From: an uncultured Verrucomicrobiae bacterium
Lineage (GTDB): Bacteria; Verrucomicrobiota; Verrucomicrobiia; Limisphaerales; Palsa-1400
Length of the DNA stretch: 64,000 nt
Direction of reading: 5' to 3'
Assembly (NCBI GenBank): GCA_963702845.1
Contig: OY969763.1
Span: 32,001 to 96,000, forward strand
A program made the position numbers and the translations under genes. Shown in pieces: positions 22,236-32,900 of the stretch (its first letter is position 1; each line of letters starts with the position of its first letter). The notes beneath the pieces were generated by a model, which saw nothing but the letters and a program-made list of their open reading frames with translations, did not search any database and was not told the DNA's origin.

Positions 22236-23114
22236 TTAACCCATCGCCATGGCTGCGCTGGTGATTTCCAGGAGCTCTCGGGTGATGTTCGCTTGACGAA
22301 GCTTGTTGTATTCCAGCGTCAAATCCTTGATGAGCTGCTTCGCGTTGTCGGTCGCATTCTTCATGGCGACCATGCGCGCGCTCTGTTCGGAAGCTTTGGC
22401 TTCGAGCAGGATTTGGTAGATCTGGAAATTTAGACTGTGCGGCAGCAATGCCGACAACACCGTCGGCTCGTTTGGTTCGTAGATAAACTCAAGGTTGGCG
22501 TTGTTAGCAGTGGCGCTTTCAACGGCGACGTTGCTTGCGGTGGAGTGCACCTTGATTTCGCCCATCGGCAAGAGTTCCTGGAGTTCGGGCCGCAGGTTTA
22601 ATGTCGAGATGAAGCGGGTGTAGAGAACATCGACACGATCCACTTTTCCTTCGGTAAACATGTTGACTGCAAATTTCGCAATCGCGCGCGCTTCGCTGAA
22701 GAGCGGGGTATCGCGATAGGTGAACTCCGCGGCCAGCTCGCGCTTTGTGCGGGCGATAAATTGGGATGCTTTGCGACCGGCGGTGATGAAAGCTGTGTTT
22801 TCGCGATCGATTTTCGCGGCTTCGCGCATGAGATTGCTGTTGAGCCCGCCGCACAAGCCTTTGTCGGAGCTGACGAGGATAACCAAACGCTTCTTGACTT
22901 CGCGCTTCTCCATCAACGGATGCGAGATGTCACCAGCGGAAGACGCCAACGGCGCGAGGATTTCATCCAGCAACGTGGCGTAAGGCCGGCTGGCCAAAGC
23001 CGATTGTTGCGCTCGGCGCATCTTGGACGCAGCGACCATTTGCATGGCCTTGGTGATCTGCGCCGTGTTTTTGACCGACTTAATGCGGCGGCGTATGTCG
23101 CGTGTTGAAGGCAT
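22236..23114 (-). CDS. atpG: F1Fo ATP synthase gamma subunit
   Basis: QITKAMQMVAASK, DKGLCGGLNSN, EQSARMVAMKNATDNA, NKLRQANITRELLEI. Confidence 0.98.
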   Translation of the reverse strand: MPSTRDIRRRIKSVKNTAQITKAMQMVAASKMRRAQQSALASRPYATLLDEILAPLASSAGDISHPLMEKREVKKRLVILVSSDKGLCGGLNSNLMREAAKIDRENTAFITAGRKASQFIARTKRELAAEFTYRDTPLFSEARAIAKFAVNMFTEGKVDRVDVLYTRFISTLNLRPELQELLPMGEIKVHSTASNVAVESATANNANLEFIYEPNEPTVLSALLPHSLNFQIYQILLEAKASEQSARMVAMKNATDNAKQLIKDLTLEYNKLRQANITRELLEITSAAMAMG

Positions 23115-23127
23115 CGCTCGTTACAGT

Positions 23128-24663
23128 TTAACGGTAAGTTTGCTTAAATTCAGCAACAGCCGCCTTTAATTCCGCAGTCAGGGCGTCATCCAAAGCTTTC
23201 TTCTTACGAATGCCGTCCATCAATTGCGGTTTGCGGCTCGTCAGGAAGTCGGTCATTTTCGCCTGGAAATCTTTGATCTTTTCAACGGGCACATCGTCCA
23301 TGAACGCATTTTGGACGGTCCAGAGAACGGCGACCTGCACTTCAACAGGCATCGGGTTGTATTGCGGTTGCTTGAACACTTCAACGATGCGTTTGCCGAG
23401 CTCGAGTTGCTTCTGGGTCTTGGCATCGAGGTCGGAACCGAATTGCGCGAACGCAGCCAATTCACGGAACTGCGCCAGGTCGAGTTTGATACGACCGGCA
23501 ACTTGTTTCATCGCCTTGATTTGCGCGGCCGAACCTACGCGCGAGACCGAGAGACCGACGGATACCGCAGGACGAACGCCCTGATAGAACAAGTCGGTTT
23601 CGAGATAGATTTGGCCGTCAGTAATTGAAATAACGTTCGTCGGAATGTAAGCCGAGACGTCGCCAGCTTGCGTTTCGATAATCGGCAGAGCCGTCAAGGA
23701 ACCGCCTCCGTATTGTTGGCTGACACGAGCGGAACGTTCGAGCAAGCGGCTGTGGAGATAGAACACGTCACCTGGATACGCTTCGCGACCGGATGGGCGC
23801 TTCAAGACGAGCGAGACCTGACGATAAGCGACGGCGTGCTTGGACAAATCATCATAAATGATCAACGCGTCCATATTGTTATCCATAAACCATTCCCCCA
23901 TCGCTGCACCGGAGAACGGAGAGAGGTATTGGTTCGTGGCGGAATCAGAAGCGCTGGCGCTGACGATAATCGTGTAGGGCATTGCGCCGGCTTCTTCCAA
24001 AACGGCAATGACGCGCGCGACGTTTGATTGCTTCTGGCCGATGGCGACATAGATGCAATACAGCGGACGATAATCTTTATCGCCTGCCGCTTCAGCGGCT
24101 TTGTTCTGACGCGCCTGGCTGATGATCGTATCAACACCAATTGTGGTCTTGCCGGTGGAACGGTCGCCAATGATCAGTTCGCGTTGGCCACGACCAATCG
24201 GAATCATGGCGTCGACAGCCATAATACCGGTCTGCACCGGTTGGCTGACGGATTTGCGCTTGATGATGCCAGGGGCAATTTTTTCGACGGGATATTGCGT
24301 TTCCGCTTTGATCGGACCTTTTCCGTCGAGCGGTTGGCCGATAGCGTTGACGACGCGGCCGAGCAAACCTTTGCCGACCGGCACCTGCAAGAGTTTGCCG
24401 GTGGTGCGGACTTCGTCGCCTTCTTTAATGTGGGTGTAGTCACCCAGAATGATCGCGCCGACCTCGGATTCTTCGAGGTTAAGCGCCAAGCCGACGACTC
24501 CGTTGCCGAAGTCCAACATTTCGTTGAGCATGGCGTCGCTCAGGCCTTCGATCTTGGCCACACCGTCGCCGATTTCGCGCACGGTGCCGACGTTTTGTTT
24601 TTGTACGCCGGTTTTGAGGCCGGAAATCTTCGATTCGATTTCTTGAAGTAACGTTGTGCTCAT
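23128..24663 (-). CDS. atpA: F1Fo ATP synthase alpha subunit
   Basis: [36 protein letters not shown]. Confidence 0.99.
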   Translation of the reverse strand: MSTTLLQEIESKISGLKTGVQKQNVGTVREIGDGVAKIEGLSDAMLNEMLDFGNGVVGLALNLEESEVGAIILGDYTHIKEGDEVRTTGKLLQVPVGKGLLGRVVNAIGQPLDGKGPIKAETQYPVEKIAPGIIKRKSVSQPVQTGIMAVDAMIPIGRGQRELIIGDRSTGKTTIGVDTIISQARQNKAAEAAGDKDYRPLYCIYVAIGQKQSNVARVIAVLEEAGAMPYTIIVSASASDSATNQYLSPFSGAAMGEWFMDNNMDALIIYDDLSKHAVAYRQVSLVLKRPSGREAYPGDVFYLHSRLLERSARVSQQYGGGSLTALPIIETQAGDVSAYIPTNVISITDGQIYLETDLFYQGVRPAVSVGLSVSRVGSAAQIKAMKQVAGRIKLDLAQFRELAAFAQFGSDLDAKTQKQLELGKRIVEVFKQPQYNPMPVEVQVAVLWTVQNAFMDDVPVEKIKDFQAKMTDFLTSRKPQLMDGIRKKKALDDALTAELKAAVAEFKQTYR

Positions 24664-24681
24664 AGGAACTAAAATTCTAAA

Positions 24682-25074
24682 TTAAAAACTTTCTTTTAAT
24701 GCTTCGAGACGGCCATGAACGCTGCCGTCATACACGTCGCCCCCGACTTGAATGCGCAAGCCACCGAGTAACGCAGGGTTTTGTTTGAAGGTGAAATTCA
24801 AGCCATCGCCATACACTTTTTTGAGGTCAGCTTGAACTTTTGCCTGGTAGTCAGCGGGAAGGGGGGCAGCGCTTTCAATGGTCGCGTTGCGACGTGCGTC
24901 GTCCAGCTTTACCAGCTTTTGAAATTGCGAAAGGATGCCCATGTAACCGCGCGGCTTACGTTCGGCGACAAGGTTCACGACCTGACGGGCGCGGTTCTCG
25001 TCGAACTTGCCATCAACGACGCACTCGCGGAAGGCGCGGCGCGCTTCAAGTCTGGCTTGTTTGCTGATCTTCAT
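24682..25074 (-). CDS. atpH: ATP synthase delta subunit (short form)
   Basis: C-terminal NPALLGGLRIQVGGDVYDGS; position between atpF and atpA. Confidence 0.9.
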   Translation of the reverse strand: MKISKQARLEARRAFRECVVDGKFDENRARQVVNLVAERKPRGYMGILSQFQKLVKLDDARRNATIESAAPLPADYQAKVQADLKKVYGDGLNFTFKQNPALLGGLRIQVGGDVYDGSVHGRLEALKESF

Positions 25075-25081
25075 GTCTCAA

Positions 25082-25633
25082 TCAGGCAGCGATTTGGCGA
25101 CGGGTTTCTTCGGCCAAACGATTTTGGTCGTCGGCGGTCAAGACTTTGCCGGTCACTGAAGTGGTCGTCTTCACGACGAGTCCGAGGACTTCGCGTTTCA
25201 AATCGGCCAACATGCGGGCGCGCTCGAGAACGGCGGCTTCCTGGGCTTTGGCGATGATCTGTTCGGCTTGGGCAATCGCTTTTTGCGATTCCTGCTCCTG
25301 CACGCGAGCGGCGGCCGCACGGGCTTCTTCAATCATCTTGGTCGCCTGCGCGTTGGTTTGGTTCAAAATGTTTTGGCGCTCTTGCTCGGTGCGAGCGACA
25401 TCGGCTTTGATCTTGTCGGCGTTGGCAAGGCCTTCCTCGATGCGTTTGCGGCGTTCTTCGAGAATGCCGAGCACCGGCTTATAAGCAAAGCGATGCAGCA
25501 AGAATGCGACGATGCAGAAGCTGATCACTTGCGCGATGAAGTTCTCCTTCGTCCAACCGAAGGTACGCGCCGTTTCATTCGCCGAATTGGCAAGTTCCGT
25601 CCCGACGTTCGCCAGAATATAAATATGATTCAT
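25082..25633 (-). CDS. atpF: ATP synthase b subunit
   Basis: Single TM helix, YKPVLGILEERRKRI, long coiled coil. Confidence 0.95.
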   Translation of the reverse strand: MNHIYILANVGTELANSANETARTFGWTKENFIAQVISFCIVAFLLHRFAYKPVLGILEERRKRIEEGLANADKIKADVARTEQERQNILNQTNAQATKMIEEARAAAARVQEQESQKAIAQAEQIIAKAQEAAVLERARMLADLKREVLGLVVKTTTSVTGKVLTADDQNRLAEETRRQIAA

Positions 25634-25652
25634 ATCAACTACAAAATTCTTT

Positions 25653-25676
25653 GCGCGGAGCCCGAAGGCTCCGCGC
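25653..25676 (-). other. Stable hairpin with cUUCGg loop between atpE and atpF (mRNA stability or partial terminator)
   Basis: gcgcggagcc-cgaa-ggctccgcgc on the + strand, which gives a UUCG loop on the coding strand. Confidence 0.7.
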
Positions 25677-25683
25677 TAATTAC

Positions 25684-25872
25684 TTAGTGCGCCAAGTAGA
25701 TGGCGAAGAACACGATACCTTCAGCGAAGGCAGTGCTCAGGATTGCTTGGACGAGAATCTTCGTCGCAGCGCCGGGATTACGCCCGACGGCTTCCGAAGC
25801 CTTCATACCAATCAAACCTACACCGATGGCCGCGCCGAGCGCTGCCAGACCGACATGGATACTTCCAGTCAT
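25684..25872 (-). CDS. atpE: ATP synthase c subunit (62 aa)
   Basis: GLAALGAAIGVG, GRNP loop, conserved Glu in AFAEG; SD gaaagga upstream. Confidence 0.95.
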   Translation of the reverse strand: MTGSIHVGLAALGAAIGVGLIGMKASEAVGRNPGAATKILVQAILSTAFAEGIVFFAIYLAH

Positions 25873-25942
25873 GTTTTTATTTCCTTTCATTCTCAGCCGC
25901 TCCCGCGATTGAACACGGTCAAACAGCCGAAATCGTAAATTA

Positions 25943-26962
25943 TTAATGCTCGTGCGCCGGATGCTCGCCTTCTTCGTGCGTGCAGATGAGCAGCGTAAAC
26001 ACCGCTGTCAGCAACATGAACACGAGGGCTTGAACAAAACCAACCAACACTTCGAGAAAATAGAACGGAATGGGAATAAGCCACGCGAGGCTCGGCACAA
26101 CGTGCTGCATCGCTTCCAACATCGATTCACCGGCAAAAGCGTTACCGTAAAGACGGAAGCTGAGTGAGACAGGACGGAACAGGATCGAGACAACTTCAAG
26201 GATGCCGACGATGAAAAACACGATGATCATCAAAAACTTCAGAAAACCGCTCGTGTCACCTTTCGGTCCGAATAAGTGCAGGATGAAACCGCCGAAGCCA
26301 TTGGCCTGGAACGCCCAAATAATCCAGCAGGCGAAAAACACCATCGCCATCGCGGTAGTCATATTCAGGTCAGCGTTCGCGCCGCGGAACCATGGCAGGA
26401 ATTCATGATGGCCGTCAGCGAACGTTGCATTCCATCCCAAAGTGCCAACGCCGGGAATCAGGCCGACCCAGTTACCGAACAAAATGAAAATGAAAATCGT
26501 GGCAAAGAACCAAAACGTCTTCTTCACGAGGTCATGCCCAATGATATCTTCGAGAAATTTATAAAGACTCTCGACCAACCACTCCCAGAAATTTTGCAGG
26601 CCGGCGGGAATCATCTGCGGACGCTTCATGGCGATGCGCGCGAAAATGATCAGGAACAACGCAACGATCCACGTGACAACCATGGAGTTCGTGATCGGGA
26701 AAGGGCCAATTTTACGAAGAACAATTGGATGCAGCGGAAGAGCTTCTTCTTTTGTCTCAACCCCGTGCTTGCCCTTTTGCTCAGTGATCGTCGTGCCTTC
26801 CTTTTCTCCGGCATGCGCCTTTTCTTCCGCTTGGATGGCCGAAGGCTCGGACTGGATCTGCGCGAAAATGGGATGGACCGCCGCGGTATTGATAACAGGC
26901 ACCGCGGCGAAATTCGCGAGCGGCAAAAGCAACAGCGCTATAACTAAAATCAGCGTTCTCAT
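25943..26962 (-). CDS. atpB: ATP synthase a subunit with N-terminal signal/periplasmic extension
   Basis: NADLNMT, RPVSLSFRLYGN, VQALVFMLLTAVF. Confidence 0.95.
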   Translation of the reverse strand: MRTLILVIALLLLPLANFAAVPVINTAAVHPIFAQIQSEPSAIQAEEKAHAGEKEGTTITEQKGKHGVETKEEALPLHPIVLRKIGPFPITNSMVVTWIVALFLIIFARIAMKRPQMIPAGLQNFWEWLVESLYKFLEDIIGHDLVKKTFWFFATIFIFILFGNWVGLIPGVGTLGWNATFADGHHEFLPWFRGANADLNMTTAMAMVFFACWIIWAFQANGFGGFILHLFGPKGDTSGFLKFLMIIVFFIVGILEVVSILFRPVSLSFRLYGNAFAGESMLEAMQHVVPSLAWLIPIPFYFLEVLVGFVQALVFMLLTAVFTLLICTHEEGEHPAHEH

Positions 26963-27178
26963 TGAACGAAAAATGGCAACCTCAGCGCAGTGTAACGACA
27001 GAACCCGTCCGTCCCAACACTGGCGAAGGAGCGCAGAACCTGCATCATTGTGAAAGTTTTCACAAGGCTTTTTTTGACCCATTTTCGTGCAATGGATTGC
27101 CCACCTCTGCCTTAGTTACGGATATGACGAAAAAGCGGGGAGGATGGCAAGAATAGGGCAAGTTAACCCGGTCAGTTT

Positions 27179-28309
27179 TTAAGCGGCCAGTAGGCAGTGC
27201 CTGTTCAATCGGCGGGCGGCGTGGAGCGCTTGCAGCATCGGTTCACAGACTGTTCGGTGAAGTTCCTCCCCGTGCTGCACCAATTCCCACAGGCCTAGTT
27301 GTGTCCAGCGATTGCGATCATGCCATTCGGGCATTCCGAGAATTGGATACAGGCACACCCCTCGCAATGGCACGCCTTCCGCCAGAAGTCGCTCAGATTC
27401 TTCGGCCACTTCTTCCATCCACACAGCCCGGTTGTTATCAACATGCGCCGTTTCTGTGATTAGCAGCTCCGCGCCGTAACGTTTCCACACCGCCGCAATC
27501 AACGCCCGCAATGGAACCCGCCGCGGATCATCATCCGCTAACGGGTGTTCATCGCACCCAAGTTCCCATTGGTTCGTCCAATAATAATTCATCCCGACGA
27601 TATCCAGGTGCTCGGGGCTACCTCCTAATTCCGGCAAAACTCGTCCCGCCAGCATGTCCATCGACTCGAAGACCACGACGTTGTTGTAGTAATCGACTGC
27701 CTGTTGCATGTCGGGCCGGTCTTTCTGAGCGACCACATGGCACAATGGATCTACATTGACGATCCGCGCGTCAGGCACCGCAGCGCGAATTGCGTTAATG
27801 CCCGCGATTCCAGCCCGCGCGAGCGCCACTTTCAAATCGTGACCGCGCCCAGTGCAATGCGGCGCGAATCTTCCGACGTCGCCTGCAGCCCATGAAAAGA
27901 ACGACGGCTCGTTCACTGGCGTGAAGTAGCACCGGCCGTGATGGTGTTTTGAAATATAGAGAGCCGCAGCATGGCAATAATCTGCAAACCTCTTCGGAAA
28001 TTCGTCAGAAAATAAGTCGACGTCCTGCGGATAGCCGTAGTGGAACAAATCCCATATGACGTCGATTCGATATTTGTTACTCGCTTTAACGAACGGCCGA
28101 ACCGAGGAGAAATCATATTTCCCGGCACGATCCACCAAGGGCCAGCGCACCGCTTCGCGCGTCGCGTAGATTCCGATGTCGTGTAGCCGCCGATAATCTT
28201 CATCAGCGTGCCTGTCATGGTGCGTCGCGGCGATTTGGTCAATCCACTCGCCTTGCAGGTTGTAACCTGTCGCGCATTCGAATCCTGCGAAGAAAAAACT
28301 TCGGAACAT
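27179..28309 (-). CDS. GH1-like beta-glucosidase
   Basis: AGFEC, DLFHYG, TPVNEP (acid/base), GMNYY, ITET (nucleophile), GVCLYP. Confidence 0.8.
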   Translation of the reverse strand: MFRSFFFAGFECATGYNLQGEWIDQIAATHHDRHADEDYRRLHDIGIYATREAVRWPLVDRAGKYDFSSVRPFVKASNKYRIDVIWDLFHYGYPQDVDLFSDEFPKRFADYCHAAALYISKHHHGRCYFTPVNEPSFFSWAAGDVGRFAPHCTGRGHDLKVALARAGIAGINAIRAAVPDARIVNVDPLCHVVAQKDRPDMQQAVDYYNNVVVFESMDMLAGRVLPELGGSPEHLDIVGMNYYWTNQWELGCDEHPLADDDPRRVPLRALIAAVWKRYGAELLITETAHVDNNRAVWMEEVAEESERLLAEGVPLRGVCLYPILGMPEWHDRNRWTQLGLWELVQHGEELHRTVCEPMLQALHAARRLNRHCLLAA

Positions 28310-28311
28310 GA

Positions 28312-29592
28312 TTATCTCCCTGCGATTGTTAATGTTTCTAACTGTCCTATTGCTTTGCCGCGCGCGGCCACAAGGTCCTGAAAATCCTTTACCAGGCCGG
28401 TCGGCACGCGATTAAGGTGGGCGTCAAGGTCCCACAGGCCCATTTGCTTCAGATAAAAAGCCGGTGGATGGGTGCCTTGGCGGTAAGCCCACGTGACCAA
28501 TGCAAACATTGGCCACCACGTGTAGCCCACCAGCGGGACTCCCTCTTCACGCAATCTTTTTACTTCCGCCACTGAATTGTCCAACCATTGCTTCCTTCGT
28601 TTATACGACCCTTCGGACGCCGTCTCCGAAATGAAAATCGGCACCTGATAGCGCTCGTGATAGAGTTTGCCGAGCCGATACACGACGTCATTCGGCGAAT
28701 ATGGCATGCGGGTGCGCAGACCAGAACCGGAATTCGACATCACCTTTCGGGAGAACATCGGATACAGGTTGATCCCGATCACGGATAGGTCGATGTGGTT
28801 CTCCAAAAACCAGTTTAGTTGCGGTTTACTGGCTCCGTTTTTCAACAGCCATTGCCAAAGCGAATGCTCTTCGTTTACCCGTCCGCTCACCAAATCCAGC
28901 GCCAGAAAAACAATGTCCTGGCGCCGATTCACTTCCTCCTGCAATGCCGGTTCCGGCGATTCATACAAGTCAGTCGCATCCACATGCATGGGCAAAATGT
29001 CCGGATCAACCTCCTTCAACGCTTGGGTCGATTCGACAATTCCGCGTGCGACACCCATCATGACCGCGACAAACCCGCTCCAACCACGTTTGAACGGCGG
29101 CCACCACCCGAGCTTGCCCGAATACCAACAAGTAATGCGCGGCTCGTTCAATGGTGTGTAGGCGTGAATGCGACCTTTGAATCGTTCCGCGATCCGCGCC
29201 GAGTATTCGGCCATCAGCTTGGGGAAGTCCGGGTTCAAAAACGCATTCTCCATCCACAAAGGCAACCCGTAGTGAACCAGATCGACAATTGGCTCGATTC
29301 CAAGTTCCAGCAGGTGATTGAGCGTGTCATCCGCGAAAGAAAAATCCCATTGTCCGCGCGTGGGCTGGATCCGATGCCAAGGGATGCCGTACCTGGCGGC
29401 CTTTACGCCAAGCGTCGCCATATAATCCAGATCATCGCGCCATTTCTCGTAATGCCCGGTGAGTTCATATTCATCGAGCGTGCGGCCGGTCTTTGGCCAA
29501 GGTGCCGTGATGAAAGTATCCTCAATGCCGGTAAGCCATAAAAACTCCTCCGGCGAACTCAGCGCGTCGACCTCCGATTGTTTCAGAGCCAT
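28312..29592 (-). CDS. GH1 family glycoside hydrolase
   Basis: TGIED, RYGIPW, DLVHYG, TPLNEP, ISET, GYTWWP. Confidence 0.85.
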   Translation of the reverse strand: MALKQSEVDALSSPEEFLWLTGIEDTFITAPWPKTGRTLDEYELTGHYEKWRDDLDYMATLGVKAARYGIPWHRIQPTRGQWDFSFADDTLNHLLELGIEPIVDLVHYGLPLWMENAFLNPDFPKLMAEYSARIAERFKGRIHAYTPLNEPRITCWYSGKLGWWPPFKRGWSGFVAVMMGVARGIVESTQALKEVDPDILPMHVDATDLYESPEPALQEEVNRRQDIVFLALDLVSGRVNEEHSLWQWLLKNGASKPQLNWFLENHIDLSVIGINLYPMFSRKVMSNSGSGLRTRMPYSPNDVVYRLGKLYHERYQVPIFISETASEGSYKRRKQWLDNSVAEVKRLREEGVPLVGYTWWPMFALVTWAYRQGTHPPAFYLKQMGLWDLDAHLNRVPTGLVKDFQDLVAARGKAIGQLETLTIAGR

Positions 29593-29984
29593 GCCAAACT
29601 TTAACTTATCGTACGAGATGACGGTGTACTGATTGTCAGTTGGGCGTTTCTACGATATTACCGGACGAGTCTCCCTGACGAATCATAGTCCCACCGGTCA
29701 GAGCGCCCCGGTCAATGCGCGTCTTAAACGAAGGCGTCTTGGTATCCGCAAAACTCGCCAGCCTGTCGACCGCCTGTCAATTGTAGCATGACAGCCAATA
29801 CCGTCTTTTGCCCGATTGTTGTTATCACTGGAATCGTGCAACATCGGCTCGTAACCCACCTTGTCAGTCCAGGCTCGAACTGTTTCGCACCTGTCGACGC
29901 GCGCTGTTGTAGGCGCGAAGTTCGTATTCAGTAAAAACATTCGCCGGCGATAAACCGGCGTGGCCAGTGAGTCCAAAGCCCAGT

Positions 29985-32900
29985 ATGAAAATGCGATGCC
30001 CCCGCACGGCTGTTAAAGTCGTTTCCGCTCTTGGTCTAATATTGATCGCCACCAACACACCCGGGTTGGGCGGCCAAAGTGTCACCGCCCAGATCGATGC
30101 CATCACAGGACAGTCGGCGCTGGCGGGAAATACGTGGTCGATATTCGTTGAAAATGCGGCGGGGAATGTGACGTATTATCAGCAGACCCCGACGTTAACC
30201 CAGGCGCCGGCGTCGAATCTGAAAAACATTACGTCCGGGGGCGCTTTCGCATTGCTCGGCACGACGAACTTCTTCGTCTCGCAAGTTTTCCGTAATGGAA
30301 CATTCAGCGGCGGCGTAGTCACCGGTGATATCAATTTGCTGGTGAAGCATGACATCACTTGGAACGACGATGTTTTTGGGACCGGCAACGCGCGCATGCC
30401 GTTGGACTACATAACGACACAATTAAAGAACCAGGGTATCACGAAGATTTCCGGCAATGTGCAGATTTATGGCGCGTGCATGTACAACCATGCGGCAACG
30501 GCTGACACGCGCGATATTGCCAACCAGGCGAGTTACAATCTGGAAGGCGCAACAGCATTTAAGGCGGCGCTCCAGGCCCAAGGCATTACGGTGACCGGGA
30601 GCGCGCTTGGAAAGAGCGGATTCAGTGCGCCAGGCACTTTGATTTATACCTATCGCTCAACGAATCTGACCTACCGAAGCTCGCCGCTACGGTTGGACAT
30701 CGCGTGTATTCGCCATGGGCAAAGTCAGTCACAACGTCATGGCGGACTTGTTGTTGCGTCACATCTCCTATGAATTGTCCGGCGATCGACAATTTCACCG
30801 TCTGGCGCAATAAGGTTATCGGCTGGATCCATGACAACGTCGGATTGCCACCAATGACATGGTCATCTGGATGGCTCGGGCCTGTCCCATAGCGATCGCG
30901 TCAGCGCGAAAGAGGAAAATGCGGTCATCGTTATATGGTCGCCCATTTTCCGACATGGGATGACATCCTGCCGATTGGATGGTTCGACGGAACTTTGGGC
31001 GATCGATTCTGCGGCACCGACGGGCCAGGTCATGTTCATGCAAAACCGGGTTCACTCAGTATCACAATCTACCTGAGTGGATACGTCGATAATCCGCACA
31101 ACGGGCAGAGGTATTTCTTTTCCTTCCTCGTCAATAATTCCGCGGGCATCGATCAGACAACGACGCGGCAGGCGATCGATGATGCTGTGAATGTTGTTGC
31201 CGGGGTTATTCCGACAACGGTGGATAGTTATGCGGGTAACGATGGCGACCGGACGATGAATGTGTTTTTACCGGATGCGGTGAATTTAATGGAGGAGTTG
31301 TCGCAGAGTGGCCCGAATGGATCGTTTCGGTACATGGTCGACGCTTGGCGGGCCGGTGGATAATGGCGGGGCACCCGTTGTCGGTTACAACGCCGATCAG
31401 CGACTGCAAGTGTTCGTGCGCGGGTCGGATAACAATGTATGGACCGCTGCGGAAACGGCCGTGAATGGCAGTTTTGGCGGTTGGTCGAGCCTGGGCGGCA
31501 ACGTGCGCGGGGGTGTGACGATTGGTTATTTGACGAGTGGTGCTATTGAGGTTTTCGCTCGTAGTTCCAGCAACACGGTCATTACCGCTTCCCAGAGCGG
31601 CCCAAACGGAACATTCGGTGCGTGGAGCGATTTGGGCGGGCAATGTTATGACGACCCGGTGCTCTCTGCGAACGCCGACGGGCGCTTCCAATTGTTTACG
31701 CGCAGTTCGACCGATACGGTGCAGTCAAATTTTAAAACGACATCCGGCACTTGGTTTGGGTGGTCTGATTACGGCGGTTCTTGTGTCGGCCAACCGCAAG
31801 TGGCGCAGTTGCCGGATGGATCAATCGAAGTTTTTACGCGTAGTTCCGCAAATACGATCAAGACGATCGCGCAAAATGGGCCGAACAGCGGTTTCGGTTC
31901 GTGGAGTGATTTGGGCGGGACCGCTGCGGCTGATCCGGTGGTCACTTATAACGCGGACGGGCGCATGCAGATTTTTGCACAGACGACAAGCCATACGGTC
32001 GCGTCGAATTTTCGCACGGGGTTGGCGACAAACTCAGCCTGGTTCGGTTGGCTGGATCTTGGTGGAAGCTGTTATTCGAGCCTTGCAGCCGGATATAATC
32101 AGGACGGACGTATTCAGTTGCTGATGCGTGATAACAGTTACGTGATGCAGAGTTCGTGGCAAACCAATGCGAACTCTGGTTTCAGCGGTTGGTCTGCTTT
32201 TGCCGGCGACGCGCCGGACGTCAGCATCGCGACGCAGCCAACAAGCAAAACGGTGACGCCCGGAGCGAATGCAACATTCAGTGTTGGTGCGGCAAACGCG
32301 CTCACCTACCAGTGGCGGTTTAACGGAGCGAGTATTTCGGGAGCGACGGCGAGCAGCTACACCGTCGTCAGTGCGCAGACCTTGGACGACGGCAGTTACT
32401 CAGTCGTCGTTGGCAACCGTGCCGGAAGTCTCACCAGCGCGAACGCGACGCTTACGGTTGGAGCGCCACCCACGATCACGACTCAACCGCAAAGTGTAAA
32501 CGTCAATCAAACCGGTTCGAGCGCGACATTCTCTGTTACCGCGAATGGCACCACGTTGAGCTATCAATGGTACTTTGAGGGCGCAGCAATTTCAGGAGCG
32601 ATGACGTCGAGTTACACGGATTCGAGTGTGCAAACCGTCGACATCGGCAATTACGCGTGCGTTGTGAGCAATCCGTTTGGATCAGTAACAAGTTCGGATG
32701 CGAGTCTGACGGTTGGAAAGTTGTTCTTATCTGACAACCTCGATTCCAACACCTCGGCGAACTGGTTCATCGCAACGAACAAATCCGACAGCCGCGCCAC
32801 GTGGGCTTTTGATTACTCATTGCGCGCCGACCGATCCGGCCCCGGCGTCCCGCAAAACCCGTTCTACACCGCTTCAACAAAGGCGCTCAAATTGGAAGCC

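Noticed and set aside
25684..26962. Na+-translocating or N-type ATPase
   Set aside because: Gene order is canonical F-type with a separate delta subunit, and the c subunit lacks the Na+-binding signature.
29593..29984. Riboswitch (e.g. c-di-AMP) upstream of the cell-wall peptidase
   Set aside because: No recognisable conserved aptamer motifs by eye; an Rfam/Infernal scan would be needed.
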